From Candidatus Micrarchaeota archaeon (GTDB lineage Archaea; Micrarchaeota; Micrarchaeia; Anstonellales; Anstonellaceae), in NCBI GenBank assembly GCA_026413765.1, contig JAOAKI010000014.1, forward strand, positions 38,896-102,895: a DNA stretch of 64,000 nt. Reading direction: 5' to 3'. Below the pieces are notes generated by a model. It saw only the letters and a list, made by a program, of their open reading frames with translations, was not told the origin of the DNA and did not search any database. Each line of letters opens with the position of its first letter. Within the stretch, counting starts at the first letter, position 1. Position numbers and translations under genes: made by a program. Below are positions 55,882-64,000 of this stretch, in pieces.

Positions 55882-58026
55882 ATGAAAGGTGCGTTGTTTG
55901 CATGTTTGCTTCTTTTGATGGCAGCAAGCTTTTCCTATGTCATTCCTGAAGAGGAGCCAATTCTTGAAGATGTGACTCCTCCATCGCTTTCCACTTCGGT
56001 TTCAGTCAACGGAAACGTTTATACCCTCTCTGCTTCGGCTTCTGACCCAAGCGGGATTGCATCCATCAAGCTTTATCTGAGGAAATCAACGCAGGCGCAA
56101 TTCCAGCTTGTGAAATCTTGCTCTTCTTCACCTTGCATATACACAAGCGGTGATAGCGACGGCACTTACATTTTTTATGCAACCGCAACTGATGCTTCTC
56201 CAAACTCAAACCAGGCAATCTCGCCTGAAAAAACATTTGTGTTAAGCGGAGACACAACTCCCCCGCAAGTTTCTGCCTCTGCCACTGTGTCTGGGAATGT
56301 GGTGACTATAACAGCTTTCGCATCCGACCCAAGCGGCATATCCTCAATCAAAATTTATGTTGCAAAAGGCATGCTTGGCGGCCATGACCCATTTATAGAA
56401 GTAAAATCCTGCAGCTCTTCCCCCTGCCAGCATATTTCTGGATACAACAGCGGCTCTTATGTCTATTATGCCAAAGCGACAGATGCTTCTCCCAACCAAA
56501 ATTCCGCAAGCACTGCATACAGCACGTTTACTGTCGCATCAGCAACAACGCCACCAAATGTGATTGATGCTAATCTGCCTGTCGCAACAGTTGGAAAATC
56601 TTATTCTGGGGAAATAACAGCAAGCGGCGGAGATCCTCCCTACTCTTGGTCGATTGTGGAGGGCGCTCTTCCGCCAGGGCTTTTTCTTTCTTCAGGAGCC
56701 AACAAAGCGCAAATAACCGGAACGCCCACAAAAGCCGGCCTATATACTTTCGGAATTCGTGCCACAGACTCTCTAGGCCAAATTTCCACCACACGCATAT
56801 TTCAAATTTCAGTCATTGATTCTGTTAGCTGGAGCTGCACAATTTCTCCTTCCTCGCTTTCGCTTTCAGCAGGCTCAACGCAGAAGCTTTCAATAACTTG
56901 CTACAGAAAATCGCAGACAACCGGAAAAACAGATGAAGACGAGTGCCCGCCGATTTCTTGGCAGAGCACAATTGGCACAATCTCTGGAAACTCAAGGGGA
57001 GCCACTTTCAGCGCAGGCTCATCTGGAGGCTCAGGCACAATCACTGCATCAGGAAATGGATTTTCTTGCTCAGTTCCAGTTTCAGTCTCTAGCGGCACTG
57101 GGGGCGGCGGCAGTGGCGGAGGCGGGACTGGAGGTGGAGGCGGTGGCGGGGGCGGCAGTGGCGGAGGAGGGTTCAGAACATCAATAGGGGTCAGCGCCAC
57201 CTGCGTCAACAACCCAGTGACGATAAACGTCCGCTATCTGAGCAATGCTTCTGGCCAGCCAAAAGCAACAGTTGATGTGTATTATTACTCACAAAACAAA
57301 TTCAGCAAAGTATACACAAACACAATAAGCTCAACTTCCTCACTGTCGTTTGTGCCTTCCGAAATAGGCGCATACCAGATCCGCGTCTCACTTGGATCAG
57401 AGCAGACGACAGCAGACTTCACTATTCCTGCCTGCAGCCAAGAAGTCCTGCAAAACCCACAAAACATCACCTTGCAGCTTTCCCCAAGCAAAGAGACAAT
57501 ATTGAGCAAGAAAGTCACTTATACTGGCGGCTTTTCAAAAGAGTTCAGAGTCTATCGCATAACAGTTGGCTCAGATGTCACCTATGAGACCCAAATAGAC
57601 CTCTATTATGTGGCAAACGAATCACAAAACATCACAGTCCGGGACTTCATCCCCAACACAATTGTCTCAAACATGCAACAGATAACTTTCGAGCAGGCGC
57701 CTCGCAAAGTCGATTCTGCGCAAGCAGGCATTCTTGCTTTTGAATGGCCACTCAATGCGCAAAAAGGGCAGACCGTCCATTTCAAATACTCGTTCAGACG
57801 ACAAATAACTGACCAAATGGTTGCAAACATCCCTGCTCCAGTGGCTATCGCAGCCACGCAAGGAACCCAGCAGGTTGGTCTTTCATTGGGAGGAATAACC
57901 GACAGCGTTTCTGCTGCGTTGGTAGGTGCAATAGGAAGCAACTGGTGGGCAATTGTCCTCCTGCTGGCGCTGGTTGCGCTTGCAGTAATTTACATGTTTG
58001 TCTTTGGGACAAAAAAGGAAGGCTAA
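55882..58026 (+). CDS. 714-aa surface adhesin-like protein with tandem Ig-like repeats, a 'putative Ig' (dystroglycan/cadherin-like) domain, a Gly-rich linker and a C-terminal TM anchor
   Basis: Signal peptide; two ~100-aa repeats (..ASDPSGIASIKLY.. / ..ASDPSGISSIKIY..); GGDPPYSWSIVEGALPPGL..ITGTPTKAGLYTF..ATDSLGQ; (G)n linker at ~aa 405-432; C-terminal WWAIVLLLALVALAVIYMFVF. Confidence 0.7.
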   Translation: MKGALFACLLLLMAASFSYVIPEEEPILEDVTPPSLSTSVSVNGNVYTLSASASDPSGIASIKLYLRKSTQAQFQLVKSCSSSPCIYTSGDSDGTYIFYATATDASPNSNQAISPEKTFVLSGDTTPPQVSASATVSGNVVTITAFASDPSGISSIKIYVAKGMLGGHDPFIEVKSCSSSPCQHISGYNSGSYVYYAKATDASPNQNSASTAYSTFTVASATTPPNVIDANLPVATVGKSYSGEITASGGDPPYSWSIVEGALPPGLFLSSGANKAQITGTPTKAGLYTFGIRATDSLGQISTTRIFQISVIDSVSWSCTISPSSLSLSAGSTQKLSITCYRKSQTTGKTDEDECPPISWQSTIGTISGNSRGATFSAGSSGGSGTITASGNGFSCSVPVSVSSGTGGGGSGGGGTGGGGGGGGGSGGGGFRTSIGVSATCVNNPVTINVRYLSNASGQPKATVDVYYYSQNKFSKVYTNTISSTSSLSFVPSEIGAYQIRVSLGSEQTTADFTIPACSQEVLQNPQNITLQLSPSKETILSKKVTYTGGFSKEFRVYRITVGSDVTYETQIDLYYVANESQNITVRDFIPNTIVSNMQQITFEQAPRKVDSAQAGILAFEWPLNAQKGQTVHFKYSFRRQITDQMVANIPAPVAIAATQGTQQVGLSLGGITDSVSAALVGAIGSNWWAIVLLLALVALAVIYMFVFGTKKEG
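57100..57175. repeat. simple (GGN)n glycine-codon repeat inside the adhesin gene
   Basis: ggcggcggcagtggcggaggcgggactggaggtggaggcggtggcggggg..; the opposite strand yields a spurious poly-Pro ORF. Confidence 0.6.
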
Positions 58027-58027
58027 T

Positions 58028-58495
58028 TTAGCCTTTCTTTTCCTCTGCCGAATAAGTCACTTCATCAAGGAGCCTTCGGTAGCTGTAGATTTCGTGCGGT
58101 GCGAAAAACCTCTCAATCTCTTTTTTTGCAGTTTCAGCTGAGTCTGAAGCATGAATTATGTTGCATTGCATAGACAAAGCGTAGTCGCCTCTTATAGTTC
58201 CGCTTTGCGCTTTGCTTGCGTTTGTAGGGCCGCACATTGCCCTTACAGTGTCCACCGCCTCTTTGCCTTCTATGACTGCTACAATGACTGGAGTGGAGGA
58301 CATGAACTTTTCAATTCCTGGGAAAAATGGCTTGTCTGCAATATGCGCATAGTGCTCTTTGAGCATTTTTGGCTCAAGCTTTATCATTTTCAGCCCAACA
58401 ATTTGGAATCCTCTCTTTTCAAACCTTGAAAGCACCTCTCCACACAGCCCCCTCTGTATGCAATCCGGCTTCAGTATGATCAATGTGCGATCCAC
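58028..58495 (-). CDS. ndk: nucleoside diphosphate kinase
   Basis: ERTLIILKPD-type N-terminus (MDRTLIILKPD), NIIHASD active-site His. Confidence 0.85.
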   Translation of the reverse strand: MDRTLIILKPDCIQRGLCGEVLSRFEKRGFQIVGLKMIKLEPKMLKEHYAHIADKPFFPGIEKFMSSTPVIVAVIEGKEAVDTVRAMCGPTNASKAQSGTIRGDYALSMQCNIIHASDSAETAKKEIERFFAPHEIYSYRRLLDEVTYSAEEKKG

Positions 58496-58499
58496 ACAA

Positions 58500-58784
58500 T
58501 CACCGCTTCTGCTCTTTCTTTTTCTCCTCTTTTTCTTTCAACTTCTGCTCAATCTCTTTCGCAAGCGCTGACTCCTTCTTTTGCTCTTCGCTTTTTTGGC
58601 TCTCCAAAACCAATCCCTTGCTTGTCCATCTGGTTAGCCTGCCTTCTCTCTTAAGCTTCAGCTGATTTTTCTTGCATTTTGACGAGCAAAAAGAAAAGAT
58701 CACTCCGTCGCGCAAAACGTACATCAGCCCTGCTCCTGGGCGAAGTGGATTGTTGCAAAACGAACACACTGCCATCCTTTTCAC
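58500..58784 (-). CDS. rpl24e: ribosomal protein L24e with K/E-rich C-terminal tail
   Basis: CSFCNNPLRPGAGLMYVLRDGVIFSFCSSKC Zn-ribbon pattern. Confidence 0.8.
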   Translation of the reverse strand: MKRMAVCSFCNNPLRPGAGLMYVLRDGVIFSFCSSKCKKNQLKLKREGRLTRWTSKGLVLESQKSEEQKKESALAKEIEQKLKEKEEKKKEQKR

Positions 58785-58786
58785 CT

Positions 58787-59005
58787 TTATTTAGCTTTGA
58801 TTTCTTTTGCCTCTCTTTCGGTTTCAAGCAGAAGTATTATGTCTCCTTTTTTGACAGGCCCCTTGACATTCCTTCTTATTACTCTGCCTTTGTCTTTTCC
58901 ATCCAGAATCTTGCACATCACTTGATAAACTTCCCCATGTATCCCAGTTTTTGTGATTATCTCAACGACTTCGACAGGGACTGCGCTGTCTTGTTGTGTT
59001 GCCAT
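58787..59005 (-). CDS. rps28e: ribosomal protein S28e
   Basis: [56 protein letters not shown]. Confidence 0.85.
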   Translation of the reverse strand: MATQQDSAVPVEVVEIITKTGIHGEVYQVMCKILDGKDKGRVIRRNVKGPVKKGDIILLLETEREAKEIKAK

Positions 59006-59010
59006 CTACA

Positions 59011-59484
59011 TCACTCCTTCTTTTTTGTCCTTCCTTTCTTCTTTTGCGCTGCTTCTTCCTTTTTTCCCTCTTCTGCTTCAGGCTGCTTCATCGGCATTTC
59101 TTGCTTTTTTGCTTCGTATTTCCCCTCTTTTGCAAGCTTTTCTATGATGTCTCTTGCAAGCTCAGCGGCATTTCCTGGCTTTTCGATTGCCACCGCCGCG
59201 CAAGCAACAGGAAGACCTGCAGCGGTCCCAAGCTCTTTCTTTGTTGCCACATAGCAAAAAGGAACATTCTTTTCAGCGCACAAAATTGGTATATGCATGA
59301 CCACCTCTTCCGGGTCAACATCTTGCGCAATTACCACCAGTGTCGCATTTCCTGCTTCAATCGATTTAGTAGCCTCATTTGCTCCTTTCCTTATTTTTCC
59401 TGTGTCTGCCGCCACTTTGACTGCTTCCAATGCCTTTGTTTGGACCTCTTTTGGTGTCTCAAATTTCACATAGCTTTTCATCAT
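59011..59484 (-). CDS. rpl7ae: ribosomal protein L7Ae (also a box C/D-H/ACA sRNP and RNase P component) with K/E-rich C-terminal extension
   Basis: ..[31 protein letters not shown]..; start MKSYVKFE. Confidence 0.85.
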   Translation of the reverse strand: MMKSYVKFETPKEVQTKALEAVKVAADTGKIRKGANEATKSIEAGNATLVVIAQDVDPEEVVMHIPILCAEKNVPFCYVATKKELGTAAGLPVACAAVAIEKPGNAAELARDIIEKLAKEGKYEAKKQEMPMKQPEAEEGKKEEAAQKKKGRTKKKE

Positions 59485-59580
59485 TTTCACCTCATTTCCG
59501 CAATTGCGGATTTTCATCGGCTCTTGTCAAAAAGAGCACAGATATAGGCGCGCATTACTTTAAAAAAGTAGCGCAACCGG

Positions 59581-61047
59581 CTAGCCAAGGAAATTCCTTT
59601 TCCAGGCAGTCTTGATTATCGCGTCTGTCAGGTGCGCCCTGTTGTCAGAAAGTGCAATGTCCATCACTTCTTTCGCAGCTTCCGAATAATCCTCGTCAAT
59701 CCTGCAATCAAAATTGTCAAGCAGGCGAAGTATGTTCTGCCCCACGCCGCCCGGCAGCCTTTCCAGGTTCTGCTTGCAGACGTATTTTGTCGAGTCTGAA
59801 ATGTCCTCGTCGAATGCGATGTAGAGCGTCCGCACCCTGTCAAGCTCCTGCTGGTTGAGAGCAGACAATCCCAACAGCTCGGGCGGCAGACCGATAGAAT
59901 AAAGCGCAGCGCAAAAAGGGATAGCCCGCGGCAGCGTTATGCCTCTCATTGAGCGAGCATAGCCAAAAAGCCCGATGTGCAATTTCCTTGCTCTCCTTGA
60001 AGGCACATATTTTGCAAGGATGGTTATGAGCGGGGAAAGCGCCTCTACTTCTTTTTGGTATTGGGCAATTGTCTTTTGGGTTATCTGCTCTATCGTCTCT
60101 TCATCCACGTGAAGAGGGTTTCTCCTTTTCGTTTCGTTTATCTCTTCCGTCCCATTCCTCACAACACTTTCAGGGTAGTCGTACTTGTAAGATGACTGGA
60201 GCGTGAACGTCTGCACCGAAGGGTATTCGCGCAGGCAATTTTGCACATTTGTTGGCTTCAGGTTGCCCCTGAAAGGCGCAGAGCCGACGCCGATTATCGG
60301 GTAAATCTCAACCGATGTCCTTTCTGCAAGCTGGTGCAGTTTTTGCAAGCAAAGCTTATTGAGCAGCACTGCCGCAAGCGAGCCATAATTTAATGCAGGG
60401 TCTGAGCGGGCAAGGAAGACCCGCTGGTATTCCACCTTTTTATTCTGAAGATATTGGCCAACAATCTTGTCTGCGCCAATAAGAGAATCTTTGTCTTCCA
60501 CAAGAGGAATAAGCGAAATTTCCTGCGGGCCGAAATCCCCAACCCATTCAGAGACCGTCACATCCGCTATCCTAAATGCTTTCTTGCCGACCACGATTTT
60601 TTTGTAATATTCGTAAAGCCTATCGAGCTGGACTGCGGAGGTGCACATCGGCAGTATTATCTCCCAAATGGGCGCAGAATCGCTGCCTGCAGCAATCGCT
60701 ATGTCATAGCTTCTTGGTATGCTTTCAAGCGTTTCAAGCAGGATTTTTCCTTGCGTCTTTTCCACATTTGGGTTCGGGACTCTCAAAGTAAGATATATGT
60801 CTTTCCCAAGCACATTTTCGGAGAAAAACTGCGGATAGCGCACAAGCAACTTCTCAACTACGTAATTGTCTACCTCTTTGCCTTCGCAGTCCCACATCTG
60901 CTCGGAAATTCCCAAATGCGAAAACACATAATAGGCTTCCTTTATTTCGGTTTCGCCTGCCACTATTTCGCTGTCTGAAAAAAAAGGCGAGTTGACATTG
61001 TCTGGGTGCTGAGTGCTCATGCACCTGGGTATTTTTCTGCTTGGCAT
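59581..61047 (-). CDS. ppcA: phosphoenolpyruvate carboxylase, archaeal type (atPEPC)
   Basis: N-terminal KIPRCMSTQHPDN signature, ~490 aa. Confidence 0.65.
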   Translation of the reverse strand: MPSRKIPRCMSTQHPDNVNSPFFSDSEIVAGETEIKEAYYVFSHLGISEQMWDCEGKEVDNYVVEKLLVRYPQFFSENVLGKDIYLTLRVPNPNVEKTQGKILLETLESIPRSYDIAIAAGSDSAPIWEIILPMCTSAVQLDRLYEYYKKIVVGKKAFRIADVTVSEWVGDFGPQEISLIPLVEDKDSLIGADKIVGQYLQNKKVEYQRVFLARSDPALNYGSLAAVLLNKLCLQKLHQLAERTSVEIYPIIGVGSAPFRGNLKPTNVQNCLREYPSVQTFTLQSSYKYDYPESVVRNGTEEINETKRRNPLHVDEETIEQITQKTIAQYQKEVEALSPLITILAKYVPSRRARKLHIGLFGYARSMRGITLPRAIPFCAALYSIGLPPELLGLSALNQQELDRVRTLYIAFDEDISDSTKYVCKQNLERLPGGVGQNILRLLDNFDCRIDEDYSEAAKEVMDIALSDNRAHLTDAIIKTAWKRNFLG

Positions 61048-61136
61048 CGAGCCGTTTTTGGCAGCTCTAATTTTTATTTGCTTCCACAACAAAGTTTTTT
61101 AAACAGTTCTTATCACTTTTTGCGACAAGTGTTTTT

Positions 61137-61412
61137 ATGCCCAAGCTAAAGCAAAACATTTCCCCCGCGCAAGCAATTGCCCGCCTGGAAAAATTCATTG
61201 GCAAAAAAGATGCACAGGAGCTTGTCTCCAAAGTGGTCCAATCAGAAGGCAACGCCAAAATAACGATCCAGCGCGAGCTTTCACTCATTGTCCCTCCAAG
61301 CCCTTTTTACCGCTATTTTCTCGAAGGGCTTACGTTTGGGTTAATCAAGACAAAAGAGCACAAGATCCAAAAAATCCTGCTTTCACTTGACCCAAAGAAA
61401 AAAGATGAGTGA
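61137..61412 (+). CDS. hypothetical small protein
   Basis: 91-aa ORF between ppcA and the rRNA leader; no motif recognised. Confidence 0.3.
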   Translation: MPKLKQNISPAQAIARLEKFIGKKDAQELVSKVVQSEGNAKITIQRELSLIVPPSPFYRYFLEGLTFGLIKTKEHKIQKILLSLDPKKKDE

Positions 61413-61794
61413 CTTTTTCAAAATGGCATTGCAGTCAGCAGACTCATTTGCAGCCGCCAGATTGGCAAGCCGCACTTTGTTTGGAAGACAGCTTGCCACA
61501 AAAGAAAATCTTTTTAAATCATTCTTTCCTAATAAAAAGCCGCAACCATCAGGGCAAAGCCCTGACATTAGCAGCAGAGGTGTTTTGGCTGCGATGCATA
61601 CAACAATTTGAGTGTTAAGCACCTCCACCGCTTATTTTTGCGGTGAGAGGGAGGCTCACCGCGTTTGGGCCGCTATTTTTGCAGTGATGATGCCGCGTTC
61701 CCCTTTTTGGGGAAGCGTTAGCCTTCGCGGGCAACTTACATGCAGAAATGCATGTATTTCATGAGTATGAAGAAAGCAACTGAAGTTCACCGAT

Positions 61795-64000
61795 ATGCAT
61801 GTTACGCCAATCAGTGGATGGCTAGGCTTCGGTAGTATCACGGCCCCGTAGCAAGCTGCGAAAAGCTCCGGGTAGGAGCAGGCATCCTTTGATCCGGAGA
61901 TCGGGCGGAGTGCCGCAAGGCACAGAATACCCCGGGAATTAAAACATTCTAGTACCGGGAGGAAAAGAAACCAACAGGGATTCGGTGAGTAAGGGTGACT
62001 GAAAGCCGAAGAGCGCAAACCGAATGTAGCATGGCAACATGCTGCAGATGTGGGCGGCGCATCCGTTTCCAGATTCGAGGTCGGCTGGAAAGCCGCGCCA
62101 TAGAGGGTGACAGCCCCGTAGATCAATGGAAGCGGAGCAAAGCAATCAAGAGTAGTGCTCATTGGGTATTGGGCATGAAGATGGCGGGACTAACCGCCAA
62201 CGCTAAATATAACCGAAGACCGATAGCGAATTAGTAACGCGAGTGAACGCTGAAAAGGAGTCCGAAAGGACAGTCAAAAGAACCTGAAACTGATTGGTGA
62301 AAGGTTGATGCAGCGTGGAAGGGCACGACTGCCAAAGCAACCAGTCGAGAGGCTGGAAGCAAGGCAGGCATACCAGCGTTGCATCGTTCTTCTCGAAGCA
62401 AGAGCCAGGGAGTTGATGTGGTGTGGCGAGGCGAAAGCCGAAGCGAAAGCGAGTGGGCGCATCGAAAGAAAGGCCCGTCGTCCGAAAGGGCGATCAGTCA
62501 CACTCATCAGACCCGAAGCCGATGTGAACTAAGCGAGCGCAGGTCGAAGCCAGCCTGACGGTTGGTGGAGGACCGCAACCGGTGCTAGTATATTCTGCTC
62601 GGGTGACGCGCGCTTAGGGGTGATAGTCCAATCGAACTCGGCAATAGCGGGTTCCCCTCGAAATGTCCCTCAGGACAGCCTCGATGGAGGTTGGATGCGG
62701 GGTAGAGCACTGATCGTAAGGACTGGCTCCGAAAGGGGTCACCTTGCTGTCAAACTCCGAATCTGCATCCACCGTAGAAGTCGGGAGTCGGGTTCTGCTG
62801 GGTAAGCTAGCAGGCCATCACGGGAACGACCGGTGCCGCAGTTAAGGTCCCTAAATTCAGGCTAAGTGCTAATCCAAAAGGAGTGTCCGGTCTAAAACAG
62901 CTGGAAGGTAGGCTTAGAAGCAGCCATCCTTTAAACAACGCGTAATAGCGGACCAGTCTAGATCGCACATTCCGAAGATGATCGGGGCTAAGCCTGGTAC
63001 CGAAACTGCGGAGTTGCCCCAAAAGGGCAACTGGTAGGGGGGCGAGCTGGTTGGGCAGAAGCAGGGCCGTGAGGTCCTGTGGACTGGCCAGTTATGAATA
63101 TCCTGGTATTAGTAACAGCATATCCAGGCGAGAATCCTGGACGCCGCATAGCACACGGGTTTCTGGGCAATGTTCTTCAGCTCAGAGTTAGGCGGTCCTA
63201 AGACAGCAGCTAATTGCGAGCTGTCGAAAGGGAAAACGGTTAAAATTCCGTTCCTGCACAGGTAGACGCGGCAACGCAAGTTGTGCTTCTGACGCTTTGG
63301 GGTAGGGGTGGAGGAGGAGACTTCTCTTAAAGCTCATAATGCCTTCGAGTCTCATTGTGAGGAGAAGAGGCATAAAGAGCCCAAAACATCCTGATCCCTG
63401 GAGCCCATGAAAAGGGAGCATGACCGATCCTGTGCACCCGTACCTAGAACTATTACAGGTGCTGCTGGCAGAACAAGCCAAGGCGTGTCAGGAGAATTCA
63501 GCTAAGGGAACTCGGCAAATTAGTGGCTTAACTTCGGGAGAAGCCATGCCTGCCTTTCCGCAAGGATGGGCAGGTCGCAGTGACAAGGGGAGGTCGACTG
63601 TTTACCAAAAACACAACTCGCAGCCAATCGGAAACGATTAGTACTGCGGGTGACGCCTGCTCACTACTGGTACGTGAAAGCCTGTTCCAACGGGCTTAAG
63701 CGCCAGCAAAGAGCGGGGGTAACTCTGACCCTCTTAAGGTAGCGTAATACCTCGCCGCTTAATTGGTGGCTTGCATGAAGGGCGTAACGAGCCTCCCGCT
63801 GTCCCTAGCTGGAACCTGGTGAACTTACTACTCTGTGAGTATGCAGAGGACTTCTAGGGGGAAACGAAGACCCCGTGGAGCTTTACTATAGCCTGATCTT
63901 GTGATACGAGCGTTGCTGCGGAGCGTAAATGGGAGCCGCTATGTTGCGCCTCTCGGGGTGCAAATAGGCGCCGTTGTAACACCATTCAGCAGCGCTTGTA
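61795..64000 (+). rRNA. rrl: 23S (large subunit) rRNA, 5' ~2.2 kb; continues beyond the window; 5' end approximate (+/-50 nt)
   Basis: Domain I ..CAGTGGATGGCTAGGCTTCGG..GATCCGGAGAT..GGGAGGAAAAGAAACCAACAGGGATTC..; domain V ..CTTAAGGTAGCGTAATACC..GGCGTAACGAG.. and GAAGACCCCGTGGAGCTTTACTATAGCCTGA near 63870 (E. coli ~2060), which places the 5' end near 61800. Confidence 0.85.

Noticed and set aside
56901-57212. poly-proline ORF (PPPPLPPPPPPPPPVPP..)
   Set aside because: Reverse-strand reading of the (GGN)n glycine linker of the adhesin gene.
62274-62532. Short ORFs within 61656..63641
   Set aside because: They fall inside the 23S rRNA gene (or its leader) and are spurious.
1-64000. CRISPR arrays and cas genes
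   Set aside because: No regularly spaced direct repeats were seen anywhere in the window; the only simple repeat is the intragenic (GGN)n tract.

Overview
The window reads as a densely packed piece of an archaeal chromosome, with about 75 genes, most of them overlapping by 1-8 nt or separated by under 60 nt. The archaeal information-processing set is unambiguous: family B DNA polymerase, Orc1/Cdc6, rpoE-spt4, the L7Ae-S28e-L24e-ndk block, a candidate S26e, SRP54, Pus10, GGGP synthase plus two geranylgeranyl reductases, class III (prepilin-type) signal peptides and an A24 prepilin peptidase. Mixed in are genes of clearly bacterial type: a PFK-A phosphofructokinase, a type I GAPDH, a complete sufCBDSU operon with an XRE regulator, and a VirB2/TrbC-like small protein. 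There are many secreted proteins with C-terminal membrane anchors. Together with split genes, this suggests a small-genome, probably surface-attached (DPANN-like) archaeon, but that is inference. RNA genes: one intron-containing tRNA-Leu(CAA) on the minus strand, and the 5' ~2.2 kb of a 23S rRNA at the right edge that is not linked to a 16S gene. I found no CRISPR array, integrase, transposase or reverse transcriptase. Worth a second look: a type IV pilus-like locus with three tandem minor-pilin-like genes; a lone VirB2-like pilin; a protein of three tandem excisionase-type HTH domains; a 1343-aa coiled-coil surface protein; an Ig-like repeat adhesin; and several small unknown genes.
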